NCBI GenBank assembly: GCA_049325335.1
Contig: JBMOMC010000001.1
Location: 320,001-384,000 of the forward strand
DNA: 64,000 nt
Direction of reading: 5' to 3'
Source of the DNA: Nitrospirota bacterium
Lineage (GTDB): Bacteria; Nitrospirota; Nitrospiria; 2-01-FULL-66-17
This document shows positions 41,637 to 51,641 of the stretch, piece after piece. The notes under the pieces are model-generated. The model did no database searches. It had not been told where the DNA came from and worked only from the letters and a program-made list of their open reading frames with translations. The translations under genes and the position numbers were made by a program. Position 1 is the first letter of the stretch. Each line of letters opens with the position of its first letter.

Positions 41637-42232
41637 CAGACTCGCCGCGCCGAATCGGCGTGCTCGCGTTGCAGGGCGACGTGGACCCGCATCGCGCGGT
41701 CCTGACCCGATTGGGCGTCCAGTCGTCGCCGGTCAGAGCACCGGCCGACCTGGACGGACTCGACGGCCTGATCCTCCCGGGCGGGGAAAGCACGGCGATC
41801 GGCCTGCTCCTGGTCGCGAGCGGGCTTGACCAAGCCATCCGCGATCACGTTGCGCGGCGCGGGCTTGCACTCTTCGGCACGTGCGCCGGGCTGATCCTGC
41901 TTGCGCGGACCATCAAAGAAACCCCGAATCAACCCCATTTGGCGCTGCTCAACGTCGTGGTGCAACGCAACGCGTTCGGCCGCCAGCAACAGAGTTGCGA
42001 AGCGCTGGTGGAGGCCCAGCGCCTCGGGCCGAACCCGGTCCGCGCCCTATTCATCCGCGCGCCGCTGATCACGGAAACCGGGCCCGAGGTTGACGTGCTG
42101 GGTCGGTGGAACAACCGCATCGTCTTGGTCCAACAAGGACCGATTCTGGCCGCAGCGTTCCACTCGGAATTGACCGACGACGACCGGGTGCACCGCTACT
42201 TTCTCGATCGCGCGCTTGCGACGCGCGCCTGA
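41630..42232 (+). CDS. pdxT: PLP synthase glutaminase subunit PdxT
   Basis: GVLALQG, PGGEST, GTCAG, RNAFGRQ, FIRAP, FHSE. Confidence 0.96.
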   Translation: MVADSPRRIGVLALQGDVDPHRAVLTRLGVQSSPVRAPADLDGLDGLILPGGESTAIGLLLVASGLDQAIRDHVARRGLALFGTCAGLILLARTIKETPNQPHLALLNVVVQRNAFGRQQQSCEALVEAQRLGPNPVRALFIRAPLITETGPEVDVLGRWNNRIVLVQQGPILAAAFHSELTDDDRVHRYFLDRALATRA

Positions 42233-42355
42233 CGCGCGACTCCCCTCCTCGCCCTCACCGGCAGACAATACCTTTTCGGAATTACCTGGACCCATTGACA
42301 GATTCTTTCGCCGTGTGGTACAAGCTGGCCTTCTTTTTCGGATCGGCTGCGTTCG

Positions 42356-43030
42356 TTGCTCCCTATGCTCGCTCGCTCCAAACCAAAATCCGCTGCCCGC
42401 CGCGACGCCAAACCCCTACGGATGCTGGTGCTCAACGCCACGCCCCAGTTGCGATTCGCGTTTCCCGAGGATCAGAACGGCATTACCGTCACCAGGAAAC
42501 GGCTGGCGCAGGTGCCGTCGGCCGACGGGGATTTATACGGCTTAATCGTGGCCGAAACGCCCAACGAGTGGGACAAGGACGGCGCGCGGATCCAGCGGCT
42601 GCTGGACCGTCGGCCCACCGGTTGTATGATTCTGGCGCCCGCGCCGCTGTTGCAGCGGACCATACCCGCCATTCATGCATTGGGCCGGGCTCTGTGCGCC
42701 GACCCACAGCTCCAATCAGGACACGGCCCGGAGACGGCCGCCACGGAAGCCGAACCGGCCGCGGACGGGGATTTTCTTCACGGGCACGTCCAGCGAAGGT
42801 TGCTGCGTTTCGTCAAGGCCTACAGCGAAAGCGGCGGACGCGACCTCTACGGATTCGTGATGAAGGAGTTCGAACGCCCCTTGTTGGAGTTCGCGTTGGC
42901 GCAAACCCGTGGCAACCAACGCAAGGCCGCGGACCTACTCGGCATGAGCCGCAACACGCTGCGAAAACGCATGCAGGAATGCGGGCTCGCAGAGCCGTCC
43001 TCCACGCGCAAACGCCGACGCGCGCCGTAA
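42356..43030 (+). CDS. Fis-type HTH DNA-binding protein with N-terminal extension
   Basis: C-terminal ERPLLEFALAQTRGNQRKAADLLGMSRNTLRK; start uncertain. Confidence 0.75.
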   Translation: MLPMLARSKPKSAARRDAKPLRMLVLNATPQLRFAFPEDQNGITVTRKRLAQVPSADGDLYGLIVAETPNEWDKDGARIQRLLDRRPTGCMILAPAPLLQRTIPAIHALGRALCADPQLQSGHGPETAATEAEPAADGDFLHGHVQRRLLRFVKAYSESGGRDLYGFVMKEFERPLLEFALAQTRGNQRKAADLLGMSRNTLRKRMQECGLAEPSSTRKRRRAP

Positions 43031-43043
43031 CCGCACCCCGGCC

Positions 43044-43559
43044 TCATCGACCGTCGTCTTGCCCCTCCACGCGCGCGAGGCCCGACCGCGCCTCCTCGTT
43101 GCGCGGGTCGTCGGTGAGCACCCGTTGAAATTCGGCGCGCGCGCGTGTGGCGTCGCCCAGGCCTTCGAACGCGCGCGCGCGCACCAACGTCGCTCGCCAG
43201 CGCCACTCCAACCGATCCCCGATCAGCCGCAGCACCCGATCCGCATAAACGACCGCGGCGCGGAACTCGCCTTGTCGAACCTTGGCGTCGGCCAGGGCCA
43301 AATTGGCGTGCGGGCTGGACGGCGCCAACGCAAGAGCTTTCTGAAACGTGGCGACCGCCGACGCGGCGTTCCCTCCGTCGAGTTGGCGACGACCGTCTTC
43401 GACCAGGTGGTACGCCGCCACCTCTTGCGGCGGCGAGCCGGCGACCGGCTCGATTGCGCCGGTGGGCGCGCTGACCTGGGTCGCGCCGCACCCCCACGCG
43501 ATCGCGGCAAGGCACGCCGCCATGCGCGCACCCACGGACCGCCCCGCGGGATGTCTCAC
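43044..43559 (-). CDS. TPR lipoprotein (LpoP-like candidate PBP1B activator)
   Basis: AIAWGC lipobox-like motif, TPR helices, GTGA overlap with the mrcB stop. Confidence 0.65.
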   Translation of the reverse strand: MRHPAGRSVGARMAACLAAIAWGCGATQVSAPTGAIEPVAGSPPQEVAAYHLVEDGRRQLDGGNAASAVATFQKALALAPSSPHANLALADAKVRQGEFRAAVVYADRVLRLIGDRLEWRWRATLVRARAFEGLGDATRARAEFQRVLTDDPRNEEARSGLARVEGQDDGR

Positions 43560-45868
43560 CCCAATACCCGCCGCAGCCACCGCAAGAGACCGGGACCGCG
43601 TTGCTTGGGATCCGCGCACGTGGCGGTCGGCTCCGTGCCCTCCAAAAACGCTTCCGCGATCGCGTCCGGGCACTGACGCGCGCTGAGCAGCCCGGAGGCC
43701 GGGTCAATCTGCCGCACCACGATTCCGGGGGGCGGGACAAACGCGCGTTCAGGCTCGGTCTCGGTGACCCGTTTCATCATGGCGGTCCAGATCGGCAACG
43801 CGGCCTCGGCGCCGGTGAGATTAAGCGGCTGGTTGTGGTCGAACCCCACCCACACCAATGCCAGGGTCTCGGGCGTGTAGCCCACGAACCACGCGTCGCG
43901 AAAGTCGCTGGTCGTGCCGGTTTTTCCCGCGGCCGGCCTGGTAAACCCCAACGCGCGCACGGCGCGGCCGGTGCCTCGTTCGATCACCCCCTGCAGCAAC
44001 GCGGTCATCAAATACGCTTCCTCCGGGGCAATCACCTGTTCGACCGCGATGTCTTTTCGACTCACCACGCGTCCGTCACGGTCCACCACCGCTTTGATCA
44101 CCAACGGTTCGGTGCGCGTGCCGAAATTCGCGAACACCCCATACGCGCCGGCCAGTTCGATTGGGCTCACCTCCGAGGTCCCCAGCACCAACGACGGGAC
44201 CGGCTGTAACGGGCTCCGTACGCCCAACAACCGCGCGGTCTCCGCGACCCGTTCGGGCCCGATGTCCTGGCCCACCTGCACCGCCGCGACGTTGAACGAG
44301 TACTCCAAGGCGGTCCGGAGCGTCACCGGACCGTGGAACCGCTTGTCGTAGTTTTGGGGCGTCCACGGACCCGACGGGGTCTGGATGGTGAGGCGCTCGT
44401 CCTTGACCACGCTGACCGGGGTATACCGCGGCGCGCCCGTGTGTTCGTCCTTTCTCAACGCGGCCAAATACGCGATCGGCTTAAATAACGAGCCCGGTTG
44501 CCGACGGGCCTGCGTGATGCGGTTAAACTGCGACGCCGCGTAATCCCGCCCTCCGACGAGGGCACGCACGTACCCGGTTTGCGGCTGCAACACGATCGCG
44601 CCCCCTTGCAGCGGGTCGCCCGTTTTGGGAGCACGGCGGTCCAAGTCCGCGAGCCCGGACCGAAGCGCCTCTTCCGCGGCGCGCTGCGCCTCCACGTCCA
44701 GGCTGGTGAAAATCCGCAACCCCTCGGACGCCAACGCATCCCGCGAGTACAACCGTTCGAGTTCATCCCGCACGAGATCCGCGAAATACGGCGCCCGAAC
44801 CGCGGCGCGCGCCTTCGGCCGCGAAGGCATCGCTTCGTTGATCGCGGCCTCGGCCTCGTCGGCGCCAATCATGTTCAGCGCCGCCATCCGACGCAACACC
44901 CGATCCCGCGTGGCCCGGGCCCGAGCCGGCGCGGCCTGCGGATTGTTCCCGCGCGGGGAACGGATCATGGCGGCCAACAACGCGGATTCCGCGGTGGTAA
45001 GCCGCTCGACCTCCTTGCCGAAGTAGAAAATGGACGCTTCGCCGACGCCGTACACACCCATGTCGCCGCGCTGGCCCATGTAAATTTCATTCAGATACGC
45101 TTCCAAAATTTCGTGTTTGGTGTATCGCGCTTCCAACATGAGCGCCATGACGGCCTCAAGACATTTCCGATAGATCGTGCGTTCCTGCGTCAGATAGAAA
45201 TTCTTGACCAACTGTTGGGTGAGCGTGCTCCCTCCTTGGACCCACTCGCCCTCCTTGAGGTCGGTCCAAAGCGCCCGCGCCACGGCTCGCGGGTCGATCC
45301 CCCAGTGTTGGTAGAACCGCGCGTCTTCGGCCGCCACGATGGCGTCGATCAACGCGCGCGGCACCGCATCGACGCGCACCAGCCGACGCCCTTCCCAACT
45401 GTCGTCGAAGAGCCCGGCGATGACCTCCGGTTCAAGGTCTACGCTGGTCAGCGGCGTCCCATCCTCTTCTCGGGTGAGCGCGCTCACCCGCGCATCCGAC
45501 AGGTCGGCGGCCACCAAAAATCCTTGCACGCGATGATCGGGATAGGAAAAATCTTGGAGGAAAATTTCCAGCCGGGTGTCGGTCCACCGAAACTCTCCGG
45601 GGCGCACGGGGGAGGCGGCCACCGGCCCGTACCCGAGACGGAGCAGCCGGTCGCGCAACCGTCCGGCGGTCAGATCCATCCCCGGATAGAGCGTCACCGG
45701 CTCGGCGTAGACGGTCGAAGGAAGTTTCCAGCGTGGCCCTTCAAACCGCGAGGTCACGGTGAGGTACACGGACGCAAGATATCCGACGCCCGCGGCTAGC
45801 AGGATCGCGCTCAACCACGGAAATCCGCGCCGGCGGCGTCTCCGGCGAGAAGGGCGCACCCGTCTCAT
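43556..45868 (-). CDS. mrcB: Class A penicillin-binding protein 1B
   Basis: TM helix, UB2H-like region, EDARFYQH, GGSTLTQQLVKN, SLFK (SxxK), SFN, KTGT; start at 45868 or 45907. Confidence 0.9.
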   Translation of the reverse strand: MRRVRPSRRRRRRRGFPWLSAILLAAGVGYLASVYLTVTSRFEGPRWKLPSTVYAEPVTLYPGMDLTAGRLRDRLLRLGYGPVAASPVRPGEFRWTDTRLEIFLQDFSYPDHRVQGFLVAADLSDARVSALTREEDGTPLTSVDLEPEVIAGLFDDSWEGRRLVRVDAVPRALIDAIVAAEDARFYQHWGIDPRAVARALWTDLKEGEWVQGGSTLTQQLVKNFYLTQERTIYRKCLEAVMALMLEARYTKHEILEAYLNEIYMGQRGDMGVYGVGEASIFYFGKEVERLTTAESALLAAMIRSPRGNNPQAAPARARATRDRVLRRMAALNMIGADEAEAAINEAMPSRPKARAAVRAPYFADLVRDELERLYSRDALASEGLRIFTSLDVEAQRAAEEALRSGLADLDRRAPKTGDPLQGGAIVLQPQTGYVRALVGGRDYAASQFNRITQARRQPGSLFKPIAYLAALRKDEHTGAPRYTPVSVVKDERLTIQTPSGPWTPQNYDKRFHGPVTLRTALEYSFNVAAVQVGQDIGPERVAETARLLGVRSPLQPVPSLVLGTSEVSPIELAGAYGVFANFGTRTEPLVIKAVVDRDGRVVSRKDIAVEQVIAPEEAYLMTALLQGVIERGTGRAVRALGFTRPAAGKTGTTSDFRDAWFVGYTPETLALVWVGFDHNQPLNLTGAEAALPIWTAMMKRVTETEPERAFVPPPGIVVRQIDPASGLLSARQCPDAIAEAFLEGTEPTATCADPKQRGPGLLRWLRRVLG

Positions 45869-46042
45869 CCAGCGGTCATCGCCCCATCCAGAATTCGCCC
45901 CCGCCACAACGATCGTCCCTGATCACCCTGGGTTGTTGGATACAAGATCCACGTGGTGCACCGCCATTCTTCGGTCACCGCCTTGACACCCCTGCTTCGC
46001 GGGTGGGATCATACCACGGTCCATGCCGCGAACGAAGCTCTG

Positions 46043-47209
46043 ATGCCATTTGACCCGCCACACGACGGTCTGCCGTATGACGCGGCCCTCGGTCTCTATA
46101 TCCACATCCCGTTTTGTGTGAGTAAGTGCGCGTATTGCGCGTTCAGCTCCGTGACGGGGGGAGCACGGCTGATGGAGCCCTACGTCAACGCCGTGCTCCG
46201 CGAGATCACGGTGCGCGCGCCGATGGCCGAGGGGCGAGCGGTGTCATCGCTCTACCTGGGAGGCGGGACTCCCTCGCTGTTGCCGCCGACCGCGGTGACC
46301 GCGCTGGTGCGTGACTGTCGCCGGGCCTTTTCCTTCGTCCCGGACGCGGAACTGACGATTGAGGCGAATCCGGAGACCGTCACCCCGGAACGCGCGAACG
46401 CGTGGCGTGACGCGGGAATTACCCGGGTCAGCATGGGGATCCAATCGCTCGACGATCAGGAACTGTTGTCCTTACACCGCCCGCACACCGCGGGCCGCGC
46501 GGTCACCGCGTTTCACGCGATCCGCGCGGCCGGTCTCCACAACATCAACGTGGACCTGCTCTACGGGCTCCCGGAGCAAACCCTCTCGGGCTGGCGGGAC
46601 ACCCTGCATCTCGCGCTGAATCTGGACCCGAAACACCTCTCGGCATACGCGCTCACCCCGGAATCCGGCACACCGATCGGGTCCGCGGTGTCCGAAGGCC
46701 GGTTGGCGCTCCCATCGGACGAGGTCGTCCTGGCCCAGGAAGACGCGCTGCACGAAGAGCTGGCTCGATCCGGCCTCGAACGCTACGAAATCTCCAACTA
46801 CGCGAAGGCAGGATTCGCGTGTCGCCATAATATGCTGTATTGGCGGTGCGACGACTGGCTGGGGTTCGGTGCGAGCGCCCACTCCCACGTCCAAGGACAC
46901 CGCTGGTGGAACCGGTTCGACGCCGCCGATTATATGCAAGGGATTGATCGCGGAGACGCGGTTGCCGGACGCGAGGTTCTGAATGTTGACGAACGGCTGG
47001 GAGAAACGTTGGCCTTCGGGCTTCGCATGATCCACGGGGTGCCTCGGCGCCTCCTCGTGGAACGTTTTGGGAGCGAGGCGTGGACTGCACGCGGGGATGG
47101 GCTCAGACAACTCGTGGACCACGGCCTCATTGAAGACACCCCTCAGGCCATCCGGCTCACCCCTCGCGGCCTGTCATTTGCCGATTCCGCGGCCGCGCTC
47201 GTTCTGTAA
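46043..47209 (+). CDS. hemW: Radical SAM heme chaperone HemW (HemN-like)
   Basis: YIHIPFCVSKCAYC, GGGTPS, YEISNYA, HNMLYW. Confidence 0.88.
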   Translation: MPFDPPHDGLPYDAALGLYIHIPFCVSKCAYCAFSSVTGGARLMEPYVNAVLREITVRAPMAEGRAVSSLYLGGGTPSLLPPTAVTALVRDCRRAFSFVPDAELTIEANPETVTPERANAWRDAGITRVSMGIQSLDDQELLSLHRPHTAGRAVTAFHAIRAAGLHNINVDLLYGLPEQTLSGWRDTLHLALNLDPKHLSAYALTPESGTPIGSAVSEGRLALPSDEVVLAQEDALHEELARSGLERYEISNYAKAGFACRHNMLYWRCDDWLGFGASAHSHVQGHRWWNRFDAADYMQGIDRGDAVAGREVLNVDERLGETLAFGLRMIHGVPRRLLVERFGSEAWTARGDGLRQLVDHGLIEDTPQAIRLTPRGLSFADSAAALVL

Positions 47210-47224
47210 GAGCCCCTTATAACG

Positions 47225-47259
47225 CAAGCGCCCCTCGGAGTTCATCCGAAGGGCGCTTG
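47225..47259. terminator. Hairpin between the convergent hemW and cold-shock genes
   Basis: CAAGCGCCCCTCGGA-GTTCA-TCCGAAGGGCGCTTG. Confidence 0.7.
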
Positions 47260-47287
47260 GATTCTTCACGCTGGAGGGGCGGACGCG

Positions 47288-47500
47288 TTAGGCTTTCACC
47301 GTGGTCTTGACGACATTGGCGGCTTGCGGGCCCTTGGCCCCTTTGACAACGTCGAATTCCACTTCCTGGCCTTCATCCAAGGTCTTGAACCCGTCACCCT
47401 GAATCGCCGAGAAGTGGACAAAGACGTCACTGCCGTCATCCTGGGAGATGAACCCATACCCCTTGCTTGCGTTGAACCACTTGACCTTTCCTCTTGCCAC
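47288..47500 (-). CDS. cspA: Cold-shock protein
   Basis: [34 protein letters not shown] start with AAGGAGG RBS. Confidence 0.95.
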   Translation of the reverse strand: MARGKVKWFNASKGYGFISQDDGSDVFVHFSAIQGDGFKTLDEGQEVEFDVVKGAKGPQAANVVKTTVKA

Positions 47501-47581
47501 CGCGCACGCCCTCCTTTCGGACCAAAACAAAATCGAACCGTCCCAACTAGCAGGGGACAACTTACCACACCAACAGGCTCG

Positions 47582-47612
47582 CTTATATCACAAATAACCC
47601 ACATCGTGTCAA
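47582..47612 (-). promoter_or_regulatory. Putative csp promoter
   Basis: TTGACA-19bp-TATAAG with extended TGn, in an AT-rich intergenic region. Confidence 0.45.
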
Positions 47613-47814
47613 GCAATTTCGATTTTTTATGGAATTTTTCGTCTCCATCACTGGTTATTAATTTTCTTCGCAATGTTTCACGACCGCAAAAACCTCATGC
47701 GAGGAGAATTTTTTCCCAAAAACCCTTGCAGTCAGATACAACCAACGTCAAGGAGAAAAAACCCTCAATTGATTCCCTTCTTGGGAATGCCCGTACACCC
47801 GGCGTGAGAGACTA

Positions 47815-48366
47815 TTACAATCTGGGAAGGGTAATGCCTTGTTGGGCCTGATATTTTCCCTTCCGGTCAGCGTAGGAGGTCTCGCAGCTCTCGTCGCTTT
47901 CGAAAAACAACACTTGGGCGATCCCCTCGAAGGCGTAGATTTTTGCCGGCAACGGCGTGGTATTCGAAATTTCCAACGTGACGTACCCCTCCCACTCCGG
48001 CTCAAACGGCGTGACATTGGTGATGATGCCGCAGCGCGCGTAGGTGGATTTTCCCACACACACGGTAATCACTTTCCTCGGAATTCTGAAATATTCGACG
48101 CTGCGCCCCAATGCAAACGAATTGGGGGGGATAATACACACGTCGCCCTTAAAATCCACGAACGACTTGATGTCGAAATCCTTGGGATCAACGGTCGTAT
48201 GGTTGATGTTCGTGAAGATTTTAAAATCATCGGAAATACGCAGGTCGTACCCATACGAGGACAAACCGTATGAGATGGTTCCGGCCCGCACCTGTTTTTC
48301 CTCGAACGGAGCGATCATCCCGTATTCTTTGGCCATGGTGCGGATCCAGCGGTCGTTCTTGATCAT
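47815..48366 (-). CDS. dcd: dCTP deaminase
   Basis: [35 protein letters not shown]. Confidence 0.96.
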   Translation of the reverse strand: MIKNDRWIRTMAKEYGMIAPFEEKQVRAGTISYGLSSYGYDLRISDDFKIFTNINHTTVDPKDFDIKSFVDFKGDVCIIPPNSFALGRSVEYFRIPRKVITVCVGKSTYARCGIITNVTPFEPEWEGYVTLEISNTTPLPAKIYAFEGIAQVLFFESDESCETSYADRKGKYQAQQGITLPRL

Positions 48367-48455
48367 TACGGCTCCCTTGTTGTGAGACAACGTGTGGGGG
48401 TCAACGCGGCCGACCAGCCGAACGCGTCGTCGGTTTTGCCGGTACGTGCGTTCGC

Positions 48456-49616
48456 CTACGGCGAACGACGAAGCGGGATCAACCCGCTGGCAGCGGTTGG
48501 GGCGGGCGTCGGATCGTCACGGCAGGCGTCAGGCCCCCGTCGTTGCACCGACTCCGCCTGAACCTGCGGATAGCGGTACACCTGATCCTCGTAGTTCTTG
48601 AGGATCACTTCTTTGGAATTGATGTCGAGCACAAAATCTTGGGGCATCACCGTAACCTTGCCGCCGCCTCCCGGCGCGTCGATCACGTATCGTGGGATGG
48701 CCATGCCGGAGGTATGGCCGTGCAACGCACGGATGATGGCCAATCCAGTCTCGACCGGCGTGCGGAATTGATTCGTCCCCGTGACCAAATCAGCCTGATA
48801 CAAGTAGTACGGCTTGACCCGCGCCCTGAGCAGTTTTTGAACCAGGCGTTTCATAGTCTCCGGGTCGTCATTGACCCCCTTGAGCAATACGGTCTGGCTC
48901 CCCAAGGGAATCCCCGCGTCGGCCAACCGCCCGCACGCGGCTTCGACCTCCGGGGTGAGTTCGTCGGGATGATTAAAGTGCAAATTCATATAGAGCGGGT
49001 GGTACCGCCTCAACATCGCGCACAATTCAGGGGTGATTCTGGACGGCAGCGTGCCCGGCACCCGCGATCCGAGCCGGATAATCTCCAAATGCGGAATGGC
49101 CCGGAGCGTCGATAACACGCGCTCCAACAGATTGTCCACCAAGAGCAACGGGTCCCCGCCGGAAAAGATGATGTCTCGAATCTCCGGATGCGAACGAATA
49201 TACCCGGCCACCACGTCGATCGCTTCGGGCGTGATGGTGCCGCCCGGAGACCCCACGAACCGCTTACGCGTACAGAACCGACAATAGATGGGGCACTGAT
49301 TGGTGACGAACAAGAGCACGCGATCCGGGTACCGATGGACCAGGTGCGGCACCACCATATCGCCCTCTTCGTTGAGCGGATCGTCCTGCATGTCGAATTG
49401 CAGGTCGAGTTCCTCGGTGGTGGGGACAACCTGCAACCAAATCGGGTCCCCCGGATAACGAATCGTGCCGAGCACGTGCGGGGTGATCCGCATCGGGTAA
49501 CGGGCCACCACCTCGCGCAGACGCTCGGCGTCGCGCGACGAAAGCCCGAGGCGTTTGACGAGATCTTCAACCGCCTCGAGGCTGTCTCGTATGTCATATT
49601 TCCACTGGTCGTTCAC
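48456..49616 (-). CDS. kamA: KamA-family radical SAM/PLP enzyme (lysine 2,3-aminomutase-like)
   Basis: [57 protein letters not shown]. Confidence 0.9.
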   Translation of the reverse strand: MNDQWKYDIRDSLEAVEDLVKRLGLSSRDAERLREVVARYPMRITPHVLGTIRYPGDPIWLQVVPTTEELDLQFDMQDDPLNEEGDMVVPHLVHRYPDRVLLFVTNQCPIYCRFCTRKRFVGSPGGTITPEAIDVVAGYIRSHPEIRDIIFSGGDPLLLVDNLLERVLSTLRAIPHLEIIRLGSRVPGTLPSRITPELCAMLRRYHPLYMNLHFNHPDELTPEVEAACGRLADAGIPLGSQTVLLKGVNDDPETMKRLVQKLLRARVKPYYLYQADLVTGTNQFRTPVETGLAIIRALHGHTSGMAIPRYVIDAPGGGGKVTVMPQDFVLDINSKEVILKNYEDQVYRYPQVQAESVQRRGPDACRDDPTPAPTAASGLIPLRRSP

Positions 49617-51058
49617 GGTAACTCTCCTCGTGTGAGCGGCAACGGTCGGACCGCGCAGGGCGCGAGCACCGCGTCCCGCATGCCGTGGAGGATCTTTTTG
49701 TCCAGCCCACAGGTGGTGGCGAGCACGCCGCCCAATCGCGCCTCCTCACCGGAGACCACATAATACGGGGACAGGCGAGTGCGCCCGCCCATCGGGCGGA
49801 TGGTTCCGGTCGCTTCATCGAAAAACGACACCTCGTCCCGGCGCGCCACGTGAAACTCCTGCAACACGGACGGCGTTGCGGGGAAGGCATCCAACGCGGT
49901 CTCGATGGCGCGCCGCCAAGCCGTCGCGGGCTCGTCATGCCCCACCACCACCCCGCGCCCGCCCCACGCCAACGCGGAAAAGCCAGAGGGTTTGATCACG
50001 AACCGTCGTTCGCGCTGGGTGGCGTCGGCCAAATCGAGCCAGTGCCGGACCGGCCTCCCGCCGAGCGTGAACCCGGCGATCGCCGCATGCGGCGGCACGG
50101 GCGAGGGGTCCAGAATCCACGTGGCGGGAAACAACGCGGTCAACACCTCCGCGGTCTGAGCGCCCACATCATCGCGCCACCACCTGCGCAAAGCCGGGTG
50201 GTGCCACAAGGCCATCGCAAGTTTCTCTTCCAAAAACGCCTTGGCCGGAGGCGTGAACCGAACCGTCCCCTTTTTTGCGGCGTAGAGAAAGAGTTCGGAC
50301 TTGGGCACGTTTTTCAGGTCGAACAGCTCAAAAAACCGATACAAGACATCGATCCGCTCGGACCCGGTCGGCGCGTCGACGAACAACCCGTCTTCGTGAA
50401 AGACAACCTCCGACGGCGAGACGGCCCGAGCCCACAGGCCCGAGGCCTCCAACGCCCGGGCCATGAATCGCATTTCCGGTCGATAGTCGGCCGACTCGTC
50501 CGACACCACGATCGCAACACGCGCGTGCCGGCCGAACGCGGCGGCCAACTCGCGCGTGATCCCGTCCGCCCCGCCGACCAATGGCCCGGCCTCCGCGTAG
50601 AGTGATTGGAACGCCGCGGTCACGCCGAACCCGCCGGGCACCGCGTCCAATTCCGACGCGACCCACCCGTGGTCCGTCACGAACAAATCGGGCCGGATGA
50701 TCAACGGCACCTGGTCGCGTACCCGTCGCATCCGCCCGTACTCGACCACGGATGGCGGCTTTCCCTGGTCAAGGTAGTCCGCCACCCATCGCAACGACGG
50801 GGTTTTCAAGCTGTGAACGTAGAGTCGATTGAGCGATTGATAAAACGCCAGGAGAACCGACCCTAGGTGTTCTAAAAACGCGGCGTCATCCGGGGTCAAC
50901 CAGAACGGTTCCGCACTCACCCGCCAGGACGGCAACCCGTCGCCTTCGTGACTCGCGTATAACCCGTCGGCCCGCAATCGTTGCACGCGCCGCGCCGAGG
51001 CCGCCCCGCTGGTGAACGGGGACGCCGAGCCAACGGTTTCGCTCGCCGGGACGGTCAA
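49613..51058 (-). CDS. ATP-grasp-type ligase (glutathionylspermidine synthetase-like)
   Basis: IRPD..SELD..PGG, IDVLYRFFE, EEKLAMAL, VIKPSGFS..WGGRGV, VLQEF; 4-nt overlap with kamA; start uncertain. Confidence 0.65.
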   Translation of the reverse strand: MTVPASETVGSASPFTSGAASARRVQRLRADGLYASHEGDGLPSWRVSAEPFWLTPDDAAFLEHLGSVLLAFYQSLNRLYVHSLKTPSLRWVADYLDQGKPPSVVEYGRMRRVRDQVPLIIRPDLFVTDHGWVASELDAVPGGFGVTAAFQSLYAEAGPLVGGADGITRELAAAFGRHARVAIVVSDESADYRPEMRFMARALEASGLWARAVSPSEVVFHEDGLFVDAPTGSERIDVLYRFFELFDLKNVPKSELFLYAAKKGTVRFTPPAKAFLEEKLAMALWHHPALRRWWRDDVGAQTAEVLTALFPATWILDPSPVPPHAAIAGFTLGGRPVRHWLDLADATQRERRFVIKPSGFSALAWGGRGVVVGHDEPATAWRRAIETALDAFPATPSVLQEFHVARRDEVSFFDEATGTIRPMGGRTRLSPYYVVSGEEARLGGVLATTCGLDKKILHGMRDAVLAPCAVRPLPLTRGELP

Positions 51059-51064
51059 CGCGCG

Positions 51065-51172
51065 TCAGGGGGAACGCCGCTCGCCGACAACGCGGGCGGG
51101 ACACACAACAAGGGGCTGACTGAAGATGGTTCGAATCAGCCCGGCCCGATGACAACTGCCATCGTCCGACAT
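51065..51172 (-). other. Structured 5' leader or 35-codon leaderless ORF (MSDDGSCHRAGLIRTIFSQPLVVCPARVVGERRSP)
   Basis: ATG lies 7 nt after a TAAGAT -10; two hairpins, the second followed by a U-rich tract. Confidence 0.4.
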
Positions 51173-51210
51173 GGCCCGTATCTTACCACGGGCCTAATCG
51201 CCATCGTCAA
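51173..51210 (-). promoter_or_regulatory. Promoter of the ATP-grasp/kamA operon with a dyad around the -10
   Basis: TTGACG-19bp-TAAGAT; inverted repeat GGCCCGT-N8-ACGGGCC at 51173-51194. Confidence 0.5.
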
Positions 51211-51246
51211 GCAACCAGGGCCGAACGGACGCGTTCGCCGTGCGCC

Positions 51247-51555
51247 CTACGTGCGAACGGTCCGTTTTAACCGCCGTTCCACGCTCGCGATCTTGGAGTC
51301 CAGCCGACCTTTAGCGCCTTTGCGGTAATCGACGCGAATGCCCACCGAGATCCGTCGGCAATCCTTGCGCATGCGCTCATAACATCGCTTGACCACCCCG
51401 AATACCTCGTCCCACTCCCCTTCGAGCACCGTCCCCATCGGGTTCAAGCGGTACGCCACGCCGCTCTTGTCGATGATGTCCAACGAGCGCGCGACGTAGC
51501 GACCCACGCTCTCACCCTTGTCCAACGGGGACATACTGAATTCCAACAGCACCAT
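51247..51555 (-). CDS. MTH1187-family thiamine-binding protein
   Basis: EFSMSP..ESVGRYVA..YRLNPMGTVLEG..VDYR; AAGGAG RBS. Confidence 0.88.
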   Translation of the reverse strand: MVLLEFSMSPLDKGESVGRYVARSLDIIDKSGVAYRLNPMGTVLEGEWDEVFGVVKRCYERMRKDCRRISVGIRVDYRKGAKGRLDSKIASVERRLKRTVRT

Positions 51556-51641
51556 ATGCGGCATGCTCCTTATGTGGTTTTCGTTCGTCGGGGCGCACGG
51601 TCGTGCGCCCCTGCCTCCCGCGTGACAACGACGCCCGTGCG

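Noticed and set aside
47501..47814. AT-rich segment as a foreign insertion
   Set aside because: Explained by the csp promoter and 5' UTR; no mobile-element signature.
51120..51170. Fluoride (crcB) riboswitch resemblance (GACGAUGG...GCUGAU)
   Set aside because: The 3' pseudoknot partner is missing and the downstream genes are not fluoride-related.
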